From Deltaproteobacteria bacterium (GTDB lineage Bacteria; Desulfobacterota; Syntrophia; Syntrophales; JACQWR01): 64,000 nucleotides of DNA. Position numbers and translations under genes: made by a program. The notes under the pieces were generated by a model that searched no databases, was not told the DNA's origin, and saw only the letters and a program-made list of their open reading frames with translations. The stretch spans positions 132,216-196,215 of the forward strand of contig JACQWR010000011.1 of assembly GCA_016209105.1 (NCBI GenBank), given 5' to 3'. Shown in pieces: positions 54,170-63,037 of this stretch (its first letter is position 1; each line of letters starts with the position of its first letter).

Positions 54170-54288
54170 TTGAAGCTTTCCATGAACACGCTGCGTAAGA
54201 ATCTCCGATTCTTAAGGAACGAGAACGTTCGGCATTCGCTCGCTTACCGCGCGGCAAGCCGCGGGGAATGCGCTCGCTGCCGAATTGA
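54170..54288. repeat. Intergenic repeat family A, full-length copy
   Basis: ttgaagctttcc...aagaatctccgattcttaaggaac...attcgctcgcttaccgcgcggcaagccgcggggaatgcgctcgctgccgaattga. Confidence 0.75.
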
Positions 54289-54391
54289 CACCCTTTGCCA
54301 TGTCCAGCTTCCGGAAAAGAAGAAATAGCGGCGGTAGGACAAGGCCGCTATTTCTTCTTCAGTATGTTTTCACTGTTTGAGAGCCGCTCTC

Positions 54392-55855
54392 TTACTTGCT
54401 CCCGAAGCCTTTCAGCAAATACCCGTATTTTTCCCGGGCCTTCCTTGCCCGTGCGGGGCTCGGCATGTTGACCAGGGGGAACTGATCGCGCCAGTCATAG
54501 GGACGCGTTGCGTCAATGATGGCACGGGAGTTGACCAGTTTTCCCTTATGCTTGTCATCGGGGTGGATCCGGGGATCAAGCGCCGTTGACCAGGTATTGT
54601 GGATAATATCAATGGATGTCGCCGGATCGGAACGAGTTACCATGGCCCACATCAGCTCATCAAGATTGGAGACATCAATATCGTCGTCCACGACGATGAC
54701 GTACTTGCCGAGATAGGCGCCCACGTGACACTGCGAGGCTACGTGTCCCACCTGGGTGGCGTGGCCGCCGTAGCGCTGATTGATGGCGATGGCGAGGAGC
54801 AGCCTCGAACTGCCGACCTCATGGGCCCAGACGGACTTGATGCCGACAATTCCCGCCGCCTCCATCTGCTGCCTCAAGAGCGCCGAGCGCATGACGGCCC
54901 GGTAGCGCGCAATCTCATCGGGCGGACGGTTCGGGGGACAACCCAGGATAATGGGATCGTTCCGGTGATAAACCGCCTTCACATCCAGGAACGGCTCTTC
55001 CCGCACATCACTGGCATAATAACCCGTCCATTCGCCGAAGGGGCCTTCCTTCCGCTTCTTCTTGGGGTCAACGAAGCCCTCGAATACGATCTCGGCATTG
55101 GCGGGAATGGGAAGCCCCGTCACCTTTCCTTTAATAACCTGGTATGGTTTTCCCCGTAAGCCTCCGGCGAAATCGTATTCGCTGATCCCGTAGGGAACTT
55201 CATTGCACGCCATCAGGTAGAGGAGCGGATCGCCGCCCACCACAATAGCCAGCGGCATGGGTTTGCCGCTCTTAAAGTACTTGTCCCGGTGGACGCGGCC
55301 GTGTTTTCCCGGCGAGATATAGAAGGCGACGGTTTTCTTGTCATGCACCATAACGCGGTAGGTGCCGAGGTTTACCCAGCCCTCATCGGGATCCTGGGTT
55401 ATGTCGTAACTCCCCGTACCGATGTAGCGTCCCCCGTCGTTCTCATGCCAAAAAGGAGTCGGAAAAGAGAGAACATTAATATCCTTGCCCATTTTGACAT
55501 TTTCCGTTACCGGCCCTTTTTCCACGACTTTGTAGGGGATAGGTTTCGATTCCTGAAACGCCTTGAGAAAGGCGTTGGAAAGTTCGACGCGGGAAAGGTC
55601 CGTGGGGAAGCCAAGCGTCATGTTCATCCGCTTTGCACCGAAGAAATTGACCAGCACCCGGTGTCCCTTCGGGTACCCCGGAATCTTGTCAAACAGTGCG
55701 GCGGGAGCGGGATCGGAGGCGTGAAGAAGTTCCGTCGCCATGCCGATATCTTCCTGCCAGCTCGCCTTTTCCACATCCTTCACCTCGCCCAGTTTGCGGG
55801 CCTGATCCAGCCAGCCTCGCAAATCATCGTAAAGAAATTTCTGTTTCATCTGCAT
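54392..55855 (-). CDS. UbiD-family (prFMN-dependent) reversible decarboxylase, second copy
   Basis: 487 aa, collinear with 5141..6571 (DGGRYIGTG, DPDEGWVNLGTYR, EGPFGEWTGYY). Confidence 0.9.
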   Translation of the reverse strand: MQMKQKFLYDDLRGWLDQARKLGEVKDVEKASWQEDIGMATELLHASDPAPAALFDKIPGYPKGHRVLVNFFGAKRMNMTLGFPTDLSRVELSNAFLKAFQESKPIPYKVVEKGPVTENVKMGKDINVLSFPTPFWHENDGGRYIGTGSYDITQDPDEGWVNLGTYRVMVHDKKTVAFYISPGKHGRVHRDKYFKSGKPMPLAIVVGGDPLLYLMACNEVPYGISEYDFAGGLRGKPYQVIKGKVTGLPIPANAEIVFEGFVDPKKKRKEGPFGEWTGYYASDVREEPFLDVKAVYHRNDPIILGCPPNRPPDEIARYRAVMRSALLRQQMEAAGIVGIKSVWAHEVGSSRLLLAIAINQRYGGHATQVGHVASQCHVGAYLGKYVIVVDDDIDVSNLDELMWAMVTRSDPATSIDIIHNTWSTALDPRIHPDDKHKGKLVNSRAIIDATRPYDWRDQFPLVNMPSPARARKAREKYGYLLKGFGSK

Positions 55856-55905
55856 TCTCCTTCGCTATTGAATTTTGTTTCCAATTTTGTTTCCTCTTAC
55901 GCTTG

Positions 55906-56607
55906 TCAATCCCAGAAAATACCCCGCTTTCGTCCTTTTTCCATGAAGTATGCCCAGCTTTTCTGAATGCTTGATGGCTTGAAGGTGCTGGCCGCCGCCC
56001 TTTTCACTTCCTCTTCGGGAAGGGCAATCGGTTCTCCCACAGCGGATGCTTCCACCACCAGCCGGGCGTTTTCCTCCAGGTGCAGAGCGGCTAAAAAAAC
56101 AGCTTCCACATATGCCTCGGCTACCACCGCCCCATGGCCTTTCATCACCACCGCCCTCCCCATACCGAGGATATCGGCCATGCGGTTCGCCTGCGTGAAG
56201 TTCACGATCTTTTCCGAATCGGGATAGAGGGGCACCGCCTGCCCGAAGATACTGCCGTGGTGACAAACCGTAACCAGTTCCCTGCCCACGATGCTCGGGA
56301 TGATCGCATAGTGCGGGTGCATATGAATAACGCTGTTCACATCCGCCCGTTTCTGATACACAGCGGCATGGATCGGTGTTTCCTCAGGTGTTTTTCCCGT
56401 ACCCGTTACATTCTTCCCGCTTAAATCAACCTCGATCATATCATCGGGCCGCACTTCGCTTCTTGCCGTGCTGCCCGGATGAATAAAAAAGGTCTTTCCA
56501 CCGGGGACGCGACCGGAAATGTGACCGGAGAAATCAATCAACCCCACCATCTCGAGCATACGGCAGGCACGGGCCAGCGTGCCTTTCAGTTCCTTTTCCT
56601 GTTCCAT
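55906..56607 (-). CDS. Class II aldolase/adducin-family protein
   Basis: Metal-binding His pattern (IHAAVY..., VIHMHPHYA) in a 233-aa protein typical of the family. Confidence 0.8.
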   Translation of the reverse strand: MEQEKELKGTLARACRMLEMVGLIDFSGHISGRVPGGKTFFIHPGSTARSEVRPDDMIEVDLSGKNVTGTGKTPEETPIHAAVYQKRADVNSVIHMHPHYAIIPSIVGRELVTVCHHGSIFGQAVPLYPDSEKIVNFTQANRMADILGMGRAVVMKGHGAVVAEAYVEAVFLAALHLEENARLVVEASAVGEPIALPEEEVKRAAASTFKPSSIQKSWAYFMEKGRKRGIFWD

Positions 56608-57049
56608 ACTCTCCTCGCATGAAATCCCGACTCCGGCAGCGCACGCTTGCCCCGCAGTTCCCTGCGGAGCGCTTCAGATGACCGCTCTACCACTTAAGAT
56701 ACACCTTTCCCCCGGCGCTGCTTCTTCCCTGTTCCTGTTTTTGTAACGCTGAACTGTTCGGAAAAACGAATCGCTGCGAAGTGCTCGTTACCAAGACGTG
56801 ATGTTGCGGTTACACCTACCGCACTCTGCCGTGGAGCGGATTATCCGTCAGAATACGTTATCCAGCTGATGTATCAAGATTCCACATCTTTTGAAGCGTC
56901 CGGCGACTCCTACTTACGTGACCGCTTATAATATCCTCCGTGTTTTGTCAAACACTTTTGACGTCTCTGGAAAGCCGAAAATAGAAGAGAATTTCCGCTG
57001 CCAGCAGGCCAACATACCATAGCCGTTCACCCGGTACAAGCTCACAAAC

Positions 57050-57832
57050 CTACCGCTGGCAGGAAGGGCAAAAATAGGCGCCCCGGCCGGCCAATTTAGC
57101 CCGCAGGATATCCGCCCGACAGCGACGGCAGGGTTCGCCCGCACGGGCGTACGCCTGGAGATGATTCTGGTACTCCCCCTCATTGCCGAACAAGTCACGC
57201 CAATCCGATACCGTGGTGCCCCGACAGGCAACGGCTTTTCTGATGATTGATACAGCGGCCTTTTTCACTTCCCGCCATTCGGCGGTGGTGAGACTGCCCG
57301 TTTCCCGCCGGGGATTTATTGCTGCCGCATGCAGGATTTCGCAGGCATAAATATTCCCGATGCCGGCAATCACCCGTTGATCCATAAGGAATGATTTCAC
57401 GGAAAGCCGTTTATTCTCCGCCGCCTCTCTGAGCCGGGTTAATGAAAAATCACGGAGCGGATCCATCGCAACCGGAGCCGACCGGACCGGTGTTGCTTGT
57501 ACGCTCACGGTGGCAAAGCGTCGGGGATCCACCAGGACAAGTTCCCCGGCGGAAAACAATACCATGAAGCGACTGTACGGAAGAAGTAGGGGGGAAGCTC
57601 CCCGCCAGCGGAGGCCGCCCGTCATCCGCAGGTGAATCGCCAGCGTCGCCGCACCGTCAAGCTCTATTGCCACGCTCTTGCCGCGGCGAAATACGGAAGA
57701 GACCTTCCGGCCCGCAAGCGGCGGAACAACACCGAGCCTGGAATCCATGACCCTGCTCTCCAGGATTTCCTCACCCGCTATCGTGCGCCGCAGTTGCAGA
57801 CAGAGTGTTTCTACTTCGGGAAGTTCCGGCAC
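57050..57832 (-). CDS. mutM: Formamidopyrimidine-DNA glycosylase
   Basis: PELPEVE at the N-terminus and a C-terminal zinc finger CRRC...CPSCQ. The GTG start at 57832 behind GAAGGAGG gives the obligatory N-terminal Met-Pro; the ORF track start at 57871 would bury the catalytic Pro. Confidence 0.9.
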   Translation of the reverse strand: MPELPEVETLCLQLRRTIAGEEILESRVMDSRLGVVPPLAGRKVSSVFRRGKSVAIELDGAATLAIHLRMTGGLRWRGASPLLLPYSRFMVLFSAGELVLVDPRRFATVSVQATPVRSAPVAMDPLRDFSLTRLREAAENKRLSVKSFLMDQRVIAGIGNIYACEILHAAAINPRRETGSLTTAEWREVKKAAVSIIRKAVACRGTTVSDWRDLFGNEGEYQNHLQAYARAGEPCRRCRADILRAKLAGRGAYFCPSCQR

Positions 57833-58158
57833 CCGGCCTCCTTCGTTCCTGCGCTGTTCCTCGTTGTTCACCGCCGCCGACCGCAGGATGGCGGCAGCAC
57901 AACGGCGATCTTCCCGCCGTCAAAAAGACTCGAACTGCGGGACACGTTTTCGGTCAAGAAAAGTTTTTTGCACTTTTTTTCATTTTTTGTAAAAAAAATA
58001 TTGACATAGATGTGCAAGAAGTGTAAAGCGAAAAAAAGTGCGGCAGCGAACGTAACTGCTCGTTCCCGCTTAAGGAACCAGGCACGACGGCACCCGAGAA
58101 AAAACGGCTTGGCACAGCCTGTAAAATGAGCGTAGTAAAAATCGCAAGGAGGCGCAAG

Positions 58159-59472
58159 ATGGAAAGTGAATCTCTTTTCAATGAGGAGGTGGAACCTCCA
58201 GGTAGTTTGACCGGTATTATCGGTCCTGAACATCAAACCCCCAATAGTTTCCGCCCCTATAAGAAGCCTTCCCATACGTCCCTGTATCTGGCCAAGCCGG
58301 ACCGCGGCGTATTTCCTTTCAAAGACAGCCCGAGGGCAAAAGCCTTCCGTAAACGTTTTTTCCCGGATATCTCCCGCATCGAGTGGTACGACTGGCACTG
58401 GCAGTTCCGCAACCGAATCCGCGATGTTGATATCCTGTCCCAGATGATTGAACTTTCGGAAAATGAGCACAACGCCCTTGTTTACCACTCAGGGAAAATC
58501 CCCCTATCCATAACCCCCTACTATGCGAGTCTGCTGACCGGCAATGACTGTTCCCGGCCGTTGCGCCGCACGGTAGTGCCTGTCGTTGATGAGTGTTTCC
58601 GCATGGAAAACGAGGAAGACGATCCCCTCGGGGAAGAGCACGACAGCCCCGTGCCGGGGATCGTGCACCGTTATCCGGACCGGGTCCTTTTCCTGGTAAC
58701 CGGCCTCTGTTCAACCTACTGCCGTTACTGCACTCGCTCACGCATGGTAGGACGGGACGGCGAGCAGGGGTTTAGCTCCGACCAGTGGGAACAGGCGCTG
58801 GAATATATCTCCGACCGGCCGGAAATACGGGATGTCCTTCTTTCAGGCGGTGATCCGCTCACCCTTTCCGACGAGCAATTGGAATGGTTGTTGTTTCGAT
58901 TAAGAAAAATACCCCACGTGGAACTTTTGCGCATCGGCACCAAGGCGCCCGTGGTAATGCCCCAGCGTATTACCCCTGCGCTTACGCACATGCTCAAGCG
59001 CTATCATCCCCTCTGGATGAGCATTCACGTGACCCATCCGGACGAGTTGACACCGGAAATGAGTCAGGCCTGTATGCGTCTGGCAGACGCAGGCATTCCC
59101 CTCGGCAGCCAGACCGTCTTGCTTACGGGGATCAACGATGACGTGGAGACCATGAAACAACTCATGCAGGGATTGCTCCGGATCCGGGTAAAACCATACT
59201 ATCTCTATCAGTGCGACCCCATCCCCGGTTCGTCGCACTTCAGAACCTCGGTGTCTAAGGGACTGGAAATCATCCAGGGACTGCGCGGGTACACGACCGG
59301 CTATGCGGTTCCCACCTATGTTATAGATGCGCCGGGCGGCGGCGGCAAAATCCCTCTCCTCCCGGAATATTTGGTGGGGCGGGACGGCGATGATCTCGTC
59401 CTCAGAAACTATGAGGGACAGATCTATCGCTATCCCGACCGTGAGACGCCGACAAACAGCGATGTGCACTGA
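58159..59472 (+). CDS. kamA: Lysine 2,3-aminomutase (radical SAM, KamA/AblA type)
   Basis: CSTYCRYCTRS radical-SAM cluster and KamA-family sequence throughout (SGGDPL, YLYQCD, PTYVIDAPGGGGK). Preferred start is ATG at 58159 behind AAGGAGG. Confidence 0.85.
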   Translation: MESESLFNEEVEPPGSLTGIIGPEHQTPNSFRPYKKPSHTSLYLAKPDRGVFPFKDSPRAKAFRKRFFPDISRIEWYDWHWQFRNRIRDVDILSQMIELSENEHNALVYHSGKIPLSITPYYASLLTGNDCSRPLRRTVVPVVDECFRMENEEDDPLGEEHDSPVPGIVHRYPDRVLFLVTGLCSTYCRYCTRSRMVGRDGEQGFSSDQWEQALEYISDRPEIRDVLLSGGDPLTLSDEQLEWLLFRLRKIPHVELLRIGTKAPVVMPQRITPALTHMLKRYHPLWMSIHVTHPDELTPEMSQACMRLADAGIPLGSQTVLLTGINDDVETMKQLMQGLLRIRVKPYYLYQCDPIPGSSHFRTSVSKGLEIIQGLRGYTTGYAVPTYVIDAPGGGGKIPLLPEYLVGRDGDDLVLRNYEGQIYRYPDRETPTNSDVH

Positions 59473-59592
59473 CCAGGAAGTCTGGTTTTCCGGCAGGTAA
59501 GTGAGTCCTCCGCGCAGAGGCGGGACTTGAGAGATTTGTTTCCGGATCGGAGAGGGCGGAAAGAACCGCAGGACAAGGGGGAAGAAAACTTT

Positions 59593-60591
59593 TTGAAGAT
59601 CGGAATTACCTACGACCTTCGTGACGATTATCTCGCAGAAGGATACGGCGAGGAGGAAACGGCCGAATTCGACCGTCCCGACACGATTGATGCCATTGAA
59701 CAGGCGCTTCGGGATTCCGGTTATGAAACCGATCGTATCGGCAATATCAAGTCCCTGGTAAAGCGGCTGGCGGCCGGCCAGTGCTGGGACCTGGTTTTTA
59801 ACATCGCCGAAGGACTGGCGGGATTCGCCCGTGAGGCCCAGGTGCCCGCCCTGCTCGACGCCTACGGCATCCCCTATACCTTCTCCGACCCCCTTCTTCT
59901 CTCACTTGCCCTGCACAAAGGCTTTACCAAACACATCGTACGCGCTCTGGGCATACCCACGCCGGATTTTGCCGTTGTGGAGAATGCCGCCGACGCGGAA
60001 AAGGTGAAACTGCCGTTTCCGCTCTTCGCAAAACCCATCGCCGAGGGAACCGGCAAAGGCGTCACCCCCGCCTCCAAGATCGCCTCCCAATCCCAACTGG
60101 TCTACGTATGCGAGCAACTGCTCGCCGCCTACCGGCAACCCGTGCTGGTGGAAACGTTTCTCCCCGGACGGGAGTTCACGGTAGGGATTGTGGGGACGGG
60201 AAAAGATGCCGGCACCGTGGGCGTAGCGGAGGTCTACCTGAAGGAAAACGCCGAACTCGACGCCTATTCGTATATGAACAAGGAGCGGTGCGAAGAACTC
60301 GTGGAATACCGCAAGGCCACGGACGGAGTGGCGGCGCGGGCGAAGGAAATAGCCCTGGCCGCTTGGCAGGGGCTGGGATGCAGGGATGCGGGCCGGGTTG
60401 ATCTGCGGACCGACGCGCAGGGAATGCCGAAATTCCTGGAAATAAACCCCCTGGCAGGCCTGCACCCGGAGCATTCCGACCTTCCCATCATCTGCACGTT
60501 AAACGACATTCCCTACCGCGAGCTCATCGCCATAATCGTTGATTCCGCGCTGAAACGACTTCCTCATCATCACCGTGGTGGAACGCCATGA
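59593..60591 (+). CDS. ATP-grasp ligase, D-alanine--D-alanine ligase-like family
   Basis: Ddl-like N-terminal and ATP-grasp domains (KPIAEGTGKGV, EVNPLAGL-type C-terminus). The start is uncertain: TTG at 59593 (MKIGITYDL) or the ORF track start 59527. Confidence 0.75.
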   Translation: MKIGITYDLRDDYLAEGYGEEETAEFDRPDTIDAIEQALRDSGYETDRIGNIKSLVKRLAAGQCWDLVFNIAEGLAGFAREAQVPALLDAYGIPYTFSDPLLLSLALHKGFTKHIVRALGIPTPDFAVVENAADAEKVKLPFPLFAKPIAEGTGKGVTPASKIASQSQLVYVCEQLLAAYRQPVLVETFLPGREFTVGIVGTGKDAGTVGVAEVYLKENAELDAYSYMNKERCEELVEYRKATDGVAARAKEIALAAWQGLGCRDAGRVDLRTDAQGMPKFLEINPLAGLHPEHSDLPIICTLNDIPYRELIAIIVDSALKRLPHHHRGGTP

Positions 60592-61583
60592 AAGCGGTAT
60601 TGCTGCACGGACAGGTCTTGGAGGGAGCCGGATGGGATGAACAAGATGTGTTCATCCAGGCTGCCGCCGTTTCCCAGGCGCTTTCCGACCTCGGCTATGA
60701 ACCGGTTATTATGCCCCTCTCCCTGAATATCGCCGAGACAGTAGATGCCCTGCTCTCCTTGGAACCGGCGTTTGTCTTCAATCTCGTGGAAGCAATAAAC
60801 GGCAAGGGCAACCTGATTCACTTCTCGCCGGCCATTCTGGATTCCTTGTGCATACCGTATACGGGCTCGCAAACGGCGGCCATCTTTCTCACCTCACACA
60901 AAGTTACCGCTAAATCGTTCCTCCATGCCCAGGGGATCGCAACGCCGGCATGGTTCCTTCCCGATGCCTGCCCCGCCTCACCCGTAAAAGAAGGCAGGTA
61001 CATCATCAAATCGCTCTGGGAACACGCATCCATAGGCCTTGATGAAGGTTCCGTCGTCTTCACCGACGACAATTCTTTTCTGGACGGGAAAATGAACGCT
61101 TTCAGGAGAAGTTCCGGCGGAGAGTGCTTCGCCGAGGCCTTTATCGAGGGTCGGGAAATCAACGTTTCCCTGCTGGGGGGTGGGGAGGGGCATGAGGTCC
61201 TGCCCCCGGCCGAGATCATATTTGAAGATTACCCGCCGGAAAAACTGAGAGTGCTCGGCTACCGCGCCAAGTGGGTTGAAGATTCCTTCGAGTACCAACA
61301 TACGCCCCGCACCTTCGAGTTTCCGGACAAAGACGGTCGGCTGCTCAAGCAATTGGCGGACATTGCAACTCGGTGCTGGCAGGTATTCAAGCTGCGGGGC
61401 TATGCCCGTGTTGATTTCCGTGTGGATCAGCGGGGAACGCCGTGGGTGCTGGAAGTAAACGCAAACCCCTGCCTGTCCCCGGAGGGCGGCTTCACCGCCG
61501 CGGCAAAGCAGGCGGGGCTGAGCTACAACGACACAATCGAACGGATCATCCGCGCCGTTCCGGGAATGCCTCCCTATGCCTGA
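60588..61583 (+). CDS. ATP-grasp ligase, D-alanine--D-alanine ligase-like family, second paralog
   Basis: ATGA overlap with the upstream gene. ATP-grasp motifs (YIIKSLWEHASIG, RVDFRVD, VLEVNANPCLSPEGG). Confidence 0.75.
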   Translation: MKAVLLHGQVLEGAGWDEQDVFIQAAAVSQALSDLGYEPVIMPLSLNIAETVDALLSLEPAFVFNLVEAINGKGNLIHFSPAILDSLCIPYTGSQTAAIFLTSHKVTAKSFLHAQGIATPAWFLPDACPASPVKEGRYIIKSLWEHASIGLDEGSVVFTDDNSFLDGKMNAFRRSSGGECFAEAFIEGREINVSLLGGGEGHEVLPPAEIIFEDYPPEKLRVLGYRAKWVEDSFEYQHTPRTFEFPDKDGRLLKQLADIATRCWQVFKLRGYARVDFRVDQRGTPWVLEVNANPCLSPEGGFTAAAKQAGLSYNDTIERIIRAVPGMPPYA

Positions 61584-62100
61584 AAAACCACTTCTGAAAT
61601 CGCGACCGCCCGAAGACGGCACGCTGACCTTTCGCCAGGAGGTCCTGCCGTCCGATAAGGGACAGATACGCACCATTGTTGAATCCACGGGTTTTTTCTC
61701 CCGCATCGAAACGGACATCGCCGTGGAGTTGGTCGAAGAAAATCTTGCCAGAGGCAGCGCTGACAGTGGGTACTACTTTCTGTTTGCTGAGGAGAACGGG
61801 GAAGTTGTCGGTTATGCCTGCTTCGGCCCCATACTCGGCACCCAGATGAGCTACGACCTTTACTGGATCGCCGTTCATCCCCGTTTTCATCGCCGTGGTA
61901 TCGGCGCGGAATTGTTGGCAAGGAGCGAGAAGCTGATTTTTCACCAGGGAGGACGCCGCGTTTATATTGATACTTCCTCGCGGCCCCAGTATGAAGCGAC
62001 CAGGGCATTTTACCGCGCCCGGGGATACCGGGAAGAGGCCTTCCTGCAGGATTTTTATGCCGCCGGAGACGGCAAAACCATTTATACCAAGGCCCTTTGA
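61576..62100 (+). CDS. GNAT-family N-acetyltransferase
   Basis: 8-nt overlap with the upstream gene. Acetyl-CoA motif RRGIGAELLARSE. Confidence 0.75.
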   Translation: MPEKPLLKSRPPEDGTLTFRQEVLPSDKGQIRTIVESTGFFSRIETDIAVELVEENLARGSADSGYYFLFAEENGEVVGYACFGPILGTQMSYDLYWIAVHPRFHRRGIGAELLARSEKLIFHQGGRRVYIDTSSRPQYEATRAFYRARGYREEAFLQDFYAAGDGKTIYTKAL

Positions 62101-62267
62101 CTTTAAATCACCGAGAGCACCTGCCCGGATAATCAATCCCGAAACCTATTGCTTTTTTAACGATGATCTGTTAGAAGACGCGCGGCTTCTTAACTCGGCA
62201 CAATGCCGATCAGGGCAGTTCTGCAAGCAGCCATTACTGCCAACTGGTTGTTAAAGAAATCATTTTT

Positions 62268-62393
62268 GTAGGCTGTTCAAAAATGCCCAGATGCAAGGCC
62301 CCTGAAATACTTCGCCATGAGGCGTACTTGTCCGTACGTTGAATGGAGAAGTATGAGGGAAACACAGGAGATGGGCGTTTTTCAACAGCCTAG
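62268..62393. repeat. Intergenic repeat family B
   Basis: gtaggctgttcaaaaatgcccagatgcaaggcccctgaaatacttcgccatgaggcgtac...gggcgtttttcaacagcctag. Near-identical in organisation to 9719..9843. Confidence 0.7.
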
Positions 62394-62416
62394 CCTACTG
62401 ACGGGAGGGCATCGTC

Positions 62417-63037
62417 ATGCGACTCATACCCAGAGAAGAGAAGTTTTTCGATCTTTTTGAAGAACTGGCCGAAAAAATCGAGGAAGGCTCAAAGTTGTTT
62501 CTCGCAATGGTGAAAGAATACCAATATGCCGCAACAATGATCGCCCGACTTAAAGAAATCGAACATGAGGCGGATATAATCACGCACAGAACCTACGAGA
62601 AGATGCACAAGACCTTCCTCACCCCCCTGGACCGTGAAGACATCTATGACCTGGTAAACAAGATGGACAGCATCCTCGACATGATCGAGGCCTCCGCCAC
62701 GCGGTTGAATCTCTATAAAGTCAAAAAACCAGCGGCGGCGATTATTGAACAGGCGGAGATTCTCTGCAAGGCCATCGCCAAGGTAAAAACCATTATCCAC
62801 GCCATGCGGAACCTGAAAAACAAGAAGATGATCCTGGATGCCTGCGTGGAAATCAACACCCTGGAAAACGACGGAGACTTAGTCTTACGTACGACGATTG
62901 CCGGGTTGTTTGAAAATGAAAAGGATGTCTTTGAGCTCATCAAGTGGAAGGAAATATTCGAACGGCTGGAAGAAGCCATTGACGTCTGTGAGGACGTTTC
63001 CAATATTGTGGAAGGCATTGTCTTAAAACATGGTTGA
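62417..63037 (+). CDS. DUF47 / PhoU-like protein (TIGR00153 type) paired with a PiT transporter
   Basis: MRLIPREEKFFDLFEE... is the typical N-terminus of this family. Overlaps the start of the downstream PiT gene. Confidence 0.8.
   Translation: MRLIPREEKFFDLFEELAEKIEEGSKLFLAMVKEYQYAATMIARLKEIEHEADIITHRTYEKMHKTFLTPLDREDIYDLVNKMDSILDMIEASATRLNLYKVKKPAAAIIEQAEILCKAIAKVKTIIHAMRNLKNKKMILDACVEINTLENDGDLVLRTTIAGLFENEKDVFELIKWKEIFERLEEAIDVCEDVSNIVEGIVLKHG

Noticed and set aside
6634-56677. Family-A repeats as a CRISPR array
   Set aside because: Copies are dispersed over 50 kb in separate intergenic regions, in both orientations, about 110 bp long, with no regular spacers and no cas genes.
57833-57871. 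Longer mutM ORF starting at ATG 57871
   Set aside because: Fpg requires Pro as the first residue after Met removal. The GTG at 57832, preceded by GAAGGAGG, gives M-PELPEVE, whereas the upstream ATG would add 13 residues and has no RBS.
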